Origin: a virus | Taxonomy: Duplodnaviria > Caudoviricetes | Reading direction: 5' to 3' (one strand) | Length of the DNA: 64,000 bases | IMG/VR virus record: IMGVR_UViG_2904150443_000004 | Location: 1 to 64,000 of that record | Shown: piece by piece, positions 40,644 through 49,100 of the stretch | Layout of the letters: each line of letters starts with the position of its first letter | Numbering within the stretch: the first letter of the stretch is position 1 | Made by a program: the position numbers and the translations under genes | The notes under the pieces: model-generated | Told to the model about the DNA's origin: nothing | Databases searched by the model: none | What the model saw: the letters and a program-made list of their open reading frames with translations, nothing else

Positions 40644-41864
40644 ATATCAACAATCAAAGTAGTCGATTCCATAATGGGGTCTGGTAAGACATCAGCAGCT
40701 ATCAACCTTATGAACTATGATCATGAGAACAATTACATTTTTATCACTCCATATCTATCAGAAATTGAACGAGTAAAGAAAGCATGTACTAGACGATTCT
40801 ATGACCCTAAGATCACAACAGTAGACGGTGAGAAGCACACTAAGTTTGACTCATTACATTATCTACTCATCAACAACAAGAACATTGCTTCTACTCATGC
40901 ACTATTTAAACGAGCTAATGAGGAGACAAAAGATCTTATCCATAGTGGTAATTATATTCTAATCCTAGATGAAGTAATGAACGTTATAGAGCAACTTGAG
41001 CTTAAACAGGGTGACATTGACTTGCTATTCAAACAAAAGCTTATCTATGAGAAGGATGGTTATATCCATTGGAACGAGTCCCAGAAGGATTATGACTCAC
41101 GATATAATGACATTAGAGATATGGCACTTAATAAGAACCTAATCATACATAAAGGTAAGATTCTAATCTGGACATTCCCAATAGAAGTATTCAAAGCCTT
41201 CAAGGAAGTATACATATTAACTTATCTATTCGATGCACAGATACAAAAATATTATTATGATATGAACAATGTTAAATATGAAAAGTATGAAGCAGTAGAA
41301 GATAGAGGATTCAACTATTACACATTCAGGGCAAAAACAGATAATACATATGAGGAACAGATTAAGAAAGAAATTAAAAGTAAAATAACTATTTATCAAG
41401 GTACATTAAATAATATTGGCGATCCTGATTACTCTTTATCAAAAAGTTGGTACACAAATAAAAAAGATCTATTACCTAAACTTAAAAACAATACTGAAAA
41501 CTATTTTAAGAACAAAGTAAAAGCTAAGTCTAATCAAGTAATGTGGACTACATTTAAACAGTTTCAATCTAAGATAAAGGGACGAGGATATGCCAAATCA
41601 TTTGTTCCATGTAATGCAAGAGCCACAAATGAATTTAAGGATAGAATACATATTGCATATACGATTAACTATTTCCTTAATCCTATTATTGAAGGTTTCT
41701 TTAATGACAAGAATGTGAAGATTAATGAAGATCTATATTCCGTATCAGACTTGTTACAATGGGTATGGAGAAGCGGGATAAGAGAAGGGAATAGTATAAC
41801 TATATACATTCCATCTAAGCGAATGAGAGGACTATTAAAGCAATGGTTAGATAATGAACTATAG
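40644..41864 (+). CDS. SF2 helicase-like protein (YonV-like); probable ATA start
   Basis: Walker A GSGKTS, LILDEV Walker B, QWVWRSGIR motif VI; GGAGG 8 nt before ATA at 40644; promoter TTTACA-18-TATAAT at 40562-40591. Confidence 0.8.
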   Translation: MSTIKVVDSIMGSGKTSAAINLMNYDHENNYIFITPYLSEIERVKKACTRRFYDPKITTVDGEKHTKFDSLHYLLINNKNIASTHALFKRANEETKDLIHSGNYILILDEVMNVIEQLELKQGDIDLLFKQKLIYEKDGYIHWNESQKDYDSRYNDIRDMALNKNLIIHKGKILIWTFPIEVFKAFKEVYILTYLFDAQIQKYYYDMNNVKYEKYEAVEDRGFNYYTFRAKTDNTYEEQIKKEIKSKITIYQGTLNNIGDPDYSLSKSWYTNKKDLLPKLKNNTENYFKNKVKAKSNQVMWTTFKQFQSKIKGRGYAKSFVPCNARATNEFKDRIHIAYTINYFLNPIIEGFFNDKNVKINEDLYSVSDLLQWVWRSGIREGNSITIYIPSKRMRGLLKQWLDNEL

Positions 41865-42118
41865 AGCTAGTAAAACATATTTACTAAGTGGGTGTCTAAA
41901 AGTCAATAAATATCTACTCTATAGGCTCGTTGCTCTTAAAGGGAGGTAAGATTATTTATCAAGAATATAATACAGCTAACGCGCATTCAAAAGGCAGAAT
42001 GCTTGTTCATCCCATCTAAGACCGTGATGGGCTGTTATTGGGATCTATAATGTTGTCAGGAATGTTCCGTATTCAAATTTCACGATGAGTTAATTTATTG
42101 ATATTTAATTATAAAGAC

Positions 42119-42147
42119 TTTACAAATGAAAAGGTATGTATTATAAT
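42119..42147 (+). promoter_or_regulatory. sigmaA-like early promoter
   Basis: TTTACA-17-TATAAT. Confidence 0.6.
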
Positions 42148-42182
42148 CATAAATATAAAATAACACTAAAGGGGATATAATA

Positions 42183-42788
42183 ATGAACAATAATGCAACA
42201 TATAGTAATGGTACTTGGAAAAAGGGACTCGGAACAGAACTTGAATTGATATACATAATTGAAACCACCAAATTTGATGAGGAAGTAGACAGAGATTTTA
42301 CCAACATCAAAAGATATGAGCGCAACAATATTCAAGAGGCAATCGACTTAATCAATCAATTCCAACAACATGGGTACAAAAACATTAACCTTATGACCCA
42401 GATCAATCATAACGGTGATACAATTCTAGAGGATTCGAGCGAAACAGGTATCGAATTTGCTGTTAATACATCAATCAATAAAGATTATAATGAAGTAAAT
42501 AAGCAAAAAGAATTATTAATGAATAATGAAAAACTGTTCAATGGGTTCATTGAAAAATATAAAGCAGAAAAGGCATTCATTGAGTTTAAAGACGAACAGG
42601 CAAACAATAGGGATGAACAGGGCTTACACTGGTACGAAATGCTGCTTCGTCCATTGTCTCCATATTGCCAACCAAATGGGCACATTAAATATGATGAGAC
42701 TAAAGGAAGACATGGAATTATTGCATATGATAGAGAATTAACCGCTAACGAATTAGAAGAGTATGAATTAAGAAAATGGATCTTATAA
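42183..42788 (+). CDS. protein with C-terminal DarA_C-like (defence-against-restriction) domain
   Basis: WYEMLLRPLSPYCQP.G...GRHGIIAYDRELT..EL..YEL pattern. Confidence 0.65.
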   Translation: MNNNATYSNGTWKKGLGTELELIYIIETTKFDEEVDRDFTNIKRYERNNIQEAIDLINQFQQHGYKNINLMTQINHNGDTILEDSSETGIEFAVNTSINKDYNEVNKQKELLMNNEKLFNGFIEKYKAEKAFIEFKDEQANNRDEQGLHWYEMLLRPLSPYCQPNGHIKYDETKGRHGIIAYDRELTANELEEYELRKWIL

Positions 42789-42882
42789 AATAAAGTATTG
42801 AAATAAACAAGACGTTTACTATGCATATATAAAGAAATATATTATAATATCACTATAAACAATAAAGGAGTGCTATTATATT

Positions 42883-43164
42883 ATGAAGCCATTAGACAAA
42901 GAAACACTCTTCAAACTCGTAAAAGGACTGATGAACAAAGGATTCTATGTTATATCAACACATGCAGAAGATCGCATGAAAGAACGTGGATTTACAAGGG
43001 AAGAGATCGAACACATACTGTTTAACCCTTGTGATCTTGTAGGTGAACCACGATATGATGAAGAATATAAAACATATAAATATAGAATTAAAAATGAAGA
43101 GAATAGAAGCGTAGTTGTCAGCATAGACTTTGATAATCTTGTAATAGTGGTAACAGTCATATGA
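42883..43164 (+). CDS. DUF4258-family RelE-fold putative toxin/RNase
   Basis: STHAEDRMKERGFT..EI, C-terminal VIVVTVI. Confidence 0.7.
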   Translation: MKPLDKETLFKLVKGLMNKGFYVISTHAEDRMKERGFTREEIEHILFNPCDLVGEPRYDEEYKTYKYRIKNEENRSVVVSIDFDNLVIVVTVI

Positions 43165-43209
43165 TTGTTGCCTTTTCTCTTTGCCGAGTGATATATTAAT
43201 GATCAAGAG

Positions 43210-43452
43210 GTGATACAAATGTTGGAGCAAGATAAGCAAGAACTAATTAACCTTGGTAAGCGAATGTTTTGCACAGAGTGTGGGAAGCGAGAACATGAGT
43301 TTACGACCATTAATAAAGAAGAAACGATTAACGGTAAAGTCTACACTATTCCTAACGTCCCTGTGATGCGTTGTAAGCATTGTAATGCTATTGCTTATCC
43401 ATCGTTTGCATTCGACCATATAGACGAATACAAAGAACAATTAAACCAATAG
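43210..43452 (+). CDS. YgiT/MqsA-type zinc finger protein (putative antitoxin)
   Basis: CTECG...IPNVPVMRCKHC; directly after DUF4258. Confidence 0.75.
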   Translation: MIQMLEQDKQELINLGKRMFCTECGKREHEFTTINKEETINGKVYTIPNVPVMRCKHCNAIAYPSFAFDHIDEYKEQLNQ

Positions 43453-43594
43453 GGAACGAATGGCCTTATTGGTTTTTCTTTTGAAAAATAATAATAGAAA
43501 ATAATAAAAATCATCTTATAACCACTTTACATATATAAAGATATATGTTATATTTAATTCAACGAAGGAAATGAATAAATATAAAAAGGTGGTA

Positions 43595-43696
43595 ATGAAG
43601 ATGAGCAGAACACAATTAATCGTTGCAATGTCAAAGATCCAAAGAAAGCAAGAAATTAAAAAGTTAACGGTTGTTGGTGCATTGCTCTCTAAGTAA
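43595..43696 (+). CDS. small basic peptide (33 aa)
   Basis: MKMSRTQLIVAMSKIQRKQEIKKLTVVGALLSK after AAGGTGG; promoter TTTACA-17-TATATT at 43526-43554. Confidence 0.4.
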   Translation: MKMSRTQLIVAMSKIQRKQEIKKLTVVGALLSK

Positions 43697-43743
43697 TAAA
43701 ACAAATAATTAAAAAACTATAATATACTAAAGGAGAAAATAAA

Positions 43744-44070
43744 ATGAAAAAAACATTTATCGTAGTATTCACACTTGTAATGATGATGATTAGCACGAAT
43801 GTTGTTAAGGCTGCTGAAGCAAATCAAGTTTCTACTAAGGTTGATTACATCTACTTTGATAAGACTTCGAAAGTGTATTATGCGGTATCTGTAAAAGATG
43901 CAGACGGTGGACATTGGGTAGTAGACTTGTTGTATTACGATACATATGACGAAGTACTGGAAAAGGCGCTTAACAAGTCTCTTAAAGGGAAGAAACTTAA
44001 AATCAGCTACGAAGGCAATCTGGAAACTGATGAGGAAGTGTTGATTGTCGAAAGTGAAATTGTAAAATGA
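43744..44070 (+). CDS. secreted hypothetical protein
   Basis: MKK plus hydrophobic signal peptide ending VKA; AAGGAG RBS. Confidence 0.7.
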   Translation: MKKTFIVVFTLVMMMISTNVVKAAEANQVSTKVDYIYFDKTSKVYYAVSVKDADGGHWVVDLLYYDTYDEVLEKALNKSLKGKKLKISYEGNLETDEEVLIVESEIVK

Positions 44071-44187
44071 CAAAAATAAAATATGGTTCTAGAAACAATA
44101 AAAAAAGTGAATGCAAGTGATGTGTTCCTTCCCCTCATTACTGAGGGGGAGGAGGATGCAAATAACTATAATAATGGAGGAGTTAAA

Positions 44188-44415
44188 ATGAACAAATCAA
44201 AAAGAGAAAGAAAGTTTAAAATTGGTGATGATGTTATTTGGACGAATTCAAATGGAGTGAATCTTGGTAAGCGAAAAATTATAGGATATGATACAAGGTC
44301 AGGTGAAACATATTTTGAATATACTTATTACATTGACCCAATTGATACACCTTGGTTTTCCATTGGTGAAAGTGAATTAAAGTTGTGTAATCCTTTAAAG
44401 CAAGAAAAAAACTAG
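44188..44415 (+). CDS. hypothetical protein (SH3/KOW-like, YorP-like)
   Basis: GGAGG RBS before MNKSK; KFKIGD.V motif. Confidence 0.6.
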   Translation: MNKSKRERKFKIGDDVIWTNSNGVNLGKRKIIGYDTRSGETYFEYTYYIDPIDTPWFSIGESELKLCNPLKQEKN

Positions 44416-44440
44416 AATATTCTGAATGGAGGAATAAAAA

Positions 44441-44599
44441 ATGCTGGTAGTTGATGCGAGTTTGTGGGGCGACTGGGACGAAATGTTCAAATATATACGA
44501 CAATTTAAAGATAAATGTAAAATTACAATTGTGAATGCTTCATATTTGTTAGAGGTTATGTATGGTGAAGAGTTAAGGGAATTAGGATTTATCAAATAA
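44441..44599 (+). CDS. hypothetical protein (52 aa)
   Basis: Read by hand: MLVVDASLWGDWDEMFKY...; GGAGG RBS. Confidence 0.55.
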   Translation: MLVVDASLWGDWDEMFKYIRQFKDKCKITIVNASYLLEVMYGEELRELGFIK

Positions 44600-44624
44600 A
44601 ATTAACATTCACTACGAAAGGACA

Positions 44625-44831
44625 GTGATTTTAATGAATAAGTTGAAGAAGAAAGTTATAAAACTACTTGAATCAAATGGGTACGATCTTGAAGTAGAAG
44701 GCCATATAATTTATACACCAAATTGTACAATTGAGATTCGTAATGATCAGATAACCGTTAATGAACAACCAATTGACTATAACAGTGATATTGATGAAAT
44801 ATATTACGCAGTTGCTGAAGTAGAGGGGTAG
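44625..44831 (+). CDS. hypothetical protein
   Basis: Co-oriented ORF in the early array. Confidence 0.6.
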   Translation: MILMNKLKKKVIKLLESNGYDLEVEGHIIYTPNCTIEIRNDQITVNEQPIDYNSDIDEIYYAVAEVEG

Positions 44832-44876
44832 TAAGCAAATCAAATTTTAATTATATTCGAACTTGGAGGAATCGGA

Positions 44877-45287
44877 ATGGCAATAGAAAATGTGTATGTA
44901 CAATTAGAAATTAATAAAGACACTGATGCAGTCCATATTGATAAGATGTTCTTAGCTCCAGATCTACAAGAGAATTATAACTATGACTTGAATTTGCACA
45001 AAGGTTATTCATGGGCTGATAAATTTGAAGTATTAGAAGGATATGAGTTGAAATTTATTTTACTAAAGGATGTAAATTATGACGGAAGAAAACGTAAAAT
45101 TACAGATAGCGATATTAAAATTAAATTGTCTGAATTAAATTTAGCTCAAATTCCCAAAGAACCATCGATGTTTGGATATTCGGCTAAGGCTACAGAGAAA
45201 TTAAAAGAATTAGTTTTAAACAACTTAGAAAAACGTAAACAGTTAATAGGTGAAGGTAAAATAATTAATTTAAAAGATATTGCATAA
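44877..45287 (+). CDS. hypothetical protein
   Basis: GGAGG RBS; co-oriented ORF. Confidence 0.65.
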   Translation: MAIENVYVQLEINKDTDAVHIDKMFLAPDLQENYNYDLNLHKGYSWADKFEVLEGYELKFILLKDVNYDGRKRKITDSDIKIKLSELNLAQIPKEPSMFGYSAKATEKLKELVLNNLEKRKQLIGEGKIINLKDIA

Positions 45288-45328
45288 TCAAATGAAATGT
45301 TATTTCAATATGATACGGAGGAATAAAT

Positions 45329-45643
45329 ATGGCGCGATTTAATGGAGTTGAGTTAACAGACGAATCAATTCAGAAAACTAGAAAATGGTTTGCCGATAAT
45401 GCAATAGCGTGTATCGAGGAAGTCAAAAGTGGAAAACAAAATGTAAATGATAGTGAAGCGTATTTTTCGTGGAGAAATGATCAAGCAAGAGAATACAAAG
45501 AAGGTCACAGTGATCACACTTTAACATTCTTGCAACGTGCATATTTTATTCAAAGTGGAGAATGCATAGCATTATTGCCTCAAACTATCAAACAGACAAT
45601 GAAATGTTACTTTCATATAAATAAAATAATAATTAAAGTATAA
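45329..45643 (+). CDS. hypothetical protein
   Basis: GGAGG RBS; flanked by AATGAAATGTTA direct repeats. Confidence 0.65.
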   Translation: MARFNGVELTDESIQKTRKWFADNAIACIEEVKSGKQNVNDSEAYFSWRNDQAREYKEGHSDHTLTFLQRAYFIQSGECIALLPQTIKQTMKCYFHINKIIIKV

Positions 45644-45651
45644 TAAATATA

Positions 45652-45680
45652 TTGACTTTATATTTATAAAGTTATATAAT
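45652..45680 (+). promoter_or_regulatory. repeated sigmaA early promoter
   Basis: TTGACT-17-TATAAT. Confidence 0.75.
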
Positions 45681-45726
45681 AATAATATAAAGAAAACACT
45701 CATATACATAGAGGAGGCTGTAATAA

Positions 45727-45930
45727 ATGGGGAAATTGCAATTTATCGAAAAAGCAAATGTTGAATTATTATATGGGCGTGGAGTTGTAGAAAGAAAAAT
45801 ATTTGAATATGAAGATAAGGCGATTTTTAAACATATGGGATCATGGCACTTTTGTAAAAAGGTGGATGGAAAATGGAAGAAATATGAGATTAAAGTAGAT
45901 CAATACAGAATTTTAAAGCCTAAAGTTTAA
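45727..45930 (+). CDS. hypothetical protein
   Basis: GAGGAGG RBS after the promoter. Confidence 0.65.
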   Translation: MGKLQFIEKANVELLYGRGVVERKIFEYEDKAIFKHMGSWHFCKKVDGKWKKYEIKVDQYRILKPKV

Positions 45931-45980
45931 GACGGATGGAGGATTTATTGAGCTGCTACTAATATATAGGAGGAATAACA

Positions 45981-46193
45981 ATGGATTTCAAATTAGCTGT
46001 AAAATCATTGCCTGAAGGTGTTTCATATGACCCTATGGAACACACTTCAATATATGATTTAATATATTTGGTACAACATGAGTTAGATCTAATTGAGGAA
46101 GAGCCAGAACATTATAATCATTTATCAGTAAGGGAACTAAATAATCTTAAAATTAATTGCGGAAAATTTATAAGGAAATATCTATTATGTTGA
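45981..46193 (+). CDS. hypothetical protein
   Basis: AGGAGG RBS. Confidence 0.65.
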   Translation: MDFKLAVKSLPEGVSYDPMEHTSIYDLIYLVQHELDLIEEEPEHYNHLSVRELNNLKINCGKFIRKYLLC

Positions 46194-46350
46194 AATACTG
46201 TTTTCATTAATTCGATATATTACAAAAAATCAATAGTATTTATTGCTTATATTATAACGATTATGTGTTGAAATCTATTAGGTCATATGGTAATATATTC
46301 CTAGAAATACACAATCCAATACATCATACTATTTTGTAGGAGCGTGTAGA

Positions 46351-46788
46351 ATGAAAAAGAAAGTAGTTTTATTCCTTACTGTTTTAACTCTGACTGCCCT
46401 TCCAACAAGTGTTTTTGCTCAAAGTGTGACTTCATACAATCCACTCAAGAATGTATTCAATCAAAAATATTCACCACTCGCTTATGAATCAAAATCAGGT
46501 GTGTTGCCAAGCAGCGGAGAAGTTGAATATTCAATCGATTACAGTTCTGAAGATGGTGCCCACCTCAGAGTATATTTAGGGGATGACGATAAAAAGGGAA
46601 TGAAATTGGTAGTTTACGATCCGAGCAATAAAGTATTTGCTTCTGGAGAAACAAAATCAAGCAATAGCTATCAAGTAACGTTGGAAACAAAGCCAACAAA
46701 GGAAGGAACATATAGAATTAAGATCGTATCTAACGATGGTGACGGTGGATGGGATTACGGTTACACTTCCGCAGCTAGAGTGTATTAG
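46351..46788 (+). CDS. secreted beta-sandwich (PPC-like) protein
   Basis: Signal peptide ending VFA; LVVYDPS...GTYRIKI motif; own terminator. Confidence 0.65.
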   Translation: MKKKVVLFLTVLTLTALPTSVFAQSVTSYNPLKNVFNQKYSPLAYESKSGVLPSSGEVEYSIDYSSEDGAHLRVYLGDDDKKGMKLVVYDPSNKVFASGETKSSNSYQVTLETKPTKEGTYRIKIVSNDGDGGWDYGYTSAARVY

Positions 46789-46849
46789 TTAAAAGTTAAA
46801 ACATTCTACTAAAGAAGAGATAGCAACGGAATTAAACATATTGTACATG

Positions 46850-46873
46850 AGAGCCTTTAGAGGCTCTTTTTTT
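46850..46873 (+). terminator. intrinsic terminator
   Basis: AGAGCCT-TTAG-AGGCTCT plus T-tract. Confidence 0.75.
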
Positions 46874-46905
46874 AGTGTAAAATATCAATAAATAATAAAA
46901 TTATA

Positions 46906-46934
46906 TTGACTTCGCAAAAATAAAGAATTATAAT
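46906..46934 (+). promoter_or_regulatory. repeated sigmaA early promoter
   Basis: TTGACT-17-TATAAT. Confidence 0.75.
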
Positions 46935-46967
46935 GAATATAAGATAAATACATAGGAGGCATTTAAT

Positions 46968-47435
46968 GTGGATAAGATGGAAAAAGCTATTAATAGAGTT
47001 GATCGCTATGAATCAAAGTTAAATAACCATCTAGAATTAATAAAGAAGTTGGGTATTGATGCAGGTGCGTTTTGGGCTTCATTCCCTGCTGGTTCTGAAG
47101 AAAGAAAATCACTTACCGAACTAGAGAGAATACAACGTGATTTGAGCAATGCTAGAGAAGAACTTTCTAAGAGAGTGAAAATTGAAAACAAGAAAGGCAC
47201 GAAATCAGAACAGCCAATGAAGCATGATAGACCTTCTCTTTGGATGCAATCAAAAACTGGCATGTGGCATAAACATGCAGGCAATTATTTTGGTGAAGCA
47301 ATTGCAAGCTGTCAAAGTTACAACTTAGATAGAATAAATGCATTATACGGTGATCCTGTAAGTAGTCCACCAGATGGAGCAAAGATATGCAAGAAGTGCT
47401 TGAGCAAGAGTTCAGGAAAGACATGGAGAGAATGA
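46968..47435 (+). CDS. hypothetical protein with C-terminal H/C zinc-binding motif
   Basis: AGGAGG RBS; WH...C...CKKC. Confidence 0.6.
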   Translation: MDKMEKAINRVDRYESKLNNHLELIKKLGIDAGAFWASFPAGSEERKSLTELERIQRDLSNAREELSKRVKIENKKGTKSEQPMKHDRPSLWMQSKTGMWHKHAGNYFGEAIASCQSYNLDRINALYGDPVSSPPDGAKICKKCLSKSSGKTWRE

Positions 47436-47677
47436 GAATGGAAGCTATAAGAGAAGAATTTGAAAGAGTAAGGAACAACATGGCGAATGGTGATACACTT
47501 CATTTACTGGTTGCAGGATATGAGGCCGAATTTATATACACTAACGAAAATTATGTATTGAAAATAAGAAGGGAACAGGAAGTGCTATTTTATCATGGAA
47601 ATATTGATTTTGAGAAAATAGTTAATCTTGAAGAATACTACTTACAAAATAATTGCTTTCCAGATTGTCTAACGTAA
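47432..47677 (+). CDS. hypothetical protein
   Basis: ATGA overlap with the upstream stop. Confidence 0.55.
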   Translation: MRMEAIREEFERVRNNMANGDTLHLLVAGYEAEFIYTNENYVLKIRREQEVLFYHGNIDFEKIVNLEEYYLQNNCFPDCLT

Positions 47678-47678
47678 A

Positions 47679-47705
47679 AAGCCTGTAGGATTGTACTACA
47701 GGCTT
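47679..47705. terminator. hairpin terminator between convergent genes
   Basis: AAGCCTGTAG-N7-CTACAGGCTT. Confidence 0.7.
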
Positions 47706-48150
47706 AACTTATTTTATCCATGGCCCCAAGATCCTTGGCACGTCTCAAAATCTCCATAAGACTATTCAAGTCATCACTATTAGTATTCTGTCTTAAACTT
47801 CTTACTTCATCCTTAAGGTGCTGAATCTGCTTGTCCTTTTCATTCAGCAATTGTTCGAATCTGGAAAGGTAAGCAATGATTGAATCAAAGGGCGTTGTTG
47901 AACTCTCAACTTTTACTGACTTATTTCCCTTCAATTTTGCACGTTCTGTCTTGGCCTGTCTTATCTCGTTCTTATAGTCGTTTCTAACCTCTGAATTCCA
48001 TCTGAATCCACAAGCTGCTGGCGTTCTATTTAACGCTTCTGCGACCTCATCAAAGGCGTTTAATTGCGTACTGCCTTTGCTAATGTGAGATATCACAGTT
48101 TGAGCTAGTAAAATATTTTCTTGATTAGACCACTTGTCCTTTCTTTCCAT
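47704..48150 (-). CDS. rsfA: RsfA-family (Myb-like) sporulation transcriptional regulator
   Basis: RKDKWS..E..LLA.TV..HI..GSTQL.AFDEV...LNRTPAACGFRWNS signature; AAGGAGG RBS. Confidence 0.9.
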   Translation of the reverse strand: MERKDKWSNQENILLAQTVISHISKGSTQLNAFDEVAEALNRTPAACGFRWNSEVRNDYKNEIRQAKTERAKLKGNKSVKVESSTTPFDSIIAYLSRFEQLLNEKDKQIQHLKDEVRSLRQNTNSDDLNSLMEILRRAKDLGAMDKIS

Positions 48151-48171
48151 ATGTACAACCCTCCTTAGATC

Positions 48172-48201
48172 CATTCTATACAGTCAAATATCAATTTATA
48201 C
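48172..48201 (-). promoter_or_regulatory. sigmaF/G-like forespore promoter of rsfA
   Basis: GTATA-15-GTATAGAATG versus sigmaF consensus GYATA-15-GGnnAnAHTR (one mismatch). Confidence 0.55.
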
Positions 48202-48335
48202 TTAGGGTATGAAATAGTTCTTTTATAAGAAAATAATGGTTGACGCACATACGACATTGTGATAAATTGGATTTAGTAAGTCGTACATACGACAAATGCC
48301 AAGATATCAAATGATGATGAGAGGATGAAGAGAAT

Positions 48336-48554
48336 ATGAAATCATGGACGCGCCAAGGATATAGAGTAGTTGAATCTGAATTAAATTTTGACTTACATCA
48401 ATTTGAAGTGATTCAAGACGAAAAGGTAATAGCTACTATTGTACCTCCAGATATGGAATCAATGGAGCAAATAATAAGCGATTTAGATGCTGGTGAAGAT
48501 GTGAACGGTTGGGAAGATGGAATGGGCAATACGATATATATCGAAAAAAAGTAA
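48336..48554 (+). CDS. hypothetical acidic protein
   Basis: GAGGA RBS; promoter TTGACG at 48240 with GTCGTA-CA-TACGAC palindrome. Confidence 0.6.
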   Translation: MKSWTRQGYRVVESELNFDLHQFEVIQDEKVIATIVPPDMESMEQIISDLDAGEDVNGWEDGMGNTIYIEKK

Positions 48555-48691
48555 CACCGCTGGACTGTGTAACCACAGTAAAAGGATATGCAATAGAGAA
48601 TGATATTAATATTCGCACAGTTCAGCGTATGTGTGAAGACGGAAGACTAAAAGCAAAGAATGTACACGGTGTTTGGTTAATAGAATACTAA
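48509..48691 (+). CDS. small HTH (excisionase/HTH_59-like) protein; start uncertain
   Basis: INIRTVQRMCEDGRLKAKNVHGVWLI motif. Confidence 0.55.
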   Translation: MGRWNGQYDIYRKKVTPLDCVTTVKGYAIENDINIRTVQRMCEDGRLKAKNVHGVWLIEY

Positions 48692-48752
48692 AAACTCATT
48701 CTTTGCTTCACCTTTTATAAAATAAAATATATGATCAATAACAAAATATATA

Positions 48753-48781
48753 TTGACTTTATTTTTCTAAAGGGATATAAT
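48753..48781 (+). promoter_or_regulatory. repeated sigmaA early promoter
   Basis: TTGACT-17-TATAAT. Confidence 0.75.
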
Positions 48782-48819
48782 AAAATTATCAAATACATAG
48801 TACGTGGAGGCAATTATCA

Positions 48820-49044
48820 ATGAAAAAATCAGAACTAACAATTTCAGAAATTATACAATTATCTACTGAACTTGGGAGCTTTGGATATAGAACAATTGAT
48901 CAGTTTTTATTTAAAAAGTTTGGATTCGATTATTATGAACTTCCTTTTTACAATGACTTAAAAACAACATTAGAAGCAATCATGGAACGTGTCGAAATTA
49001 AAAACCCTAATGGGTATGTTGAATATCAATGGGTTGATAAATAA
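48820..49044 (+). CDS. hypothetical protein
   Basis: GGAGG RBS. Confidence 0.65.
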   Translation: MKKSELTISEIIQLSTELGSFGYRTIDQFLFKKFGFDYYELPFYNDLKTTLEAIMERVEIKNPNGYVEYQWVDK

Positions 49045-49100
49045 AATAAATTAATTAATGTAATACAATCAATACAATACATAATCTGGAGGCGTTAGAT

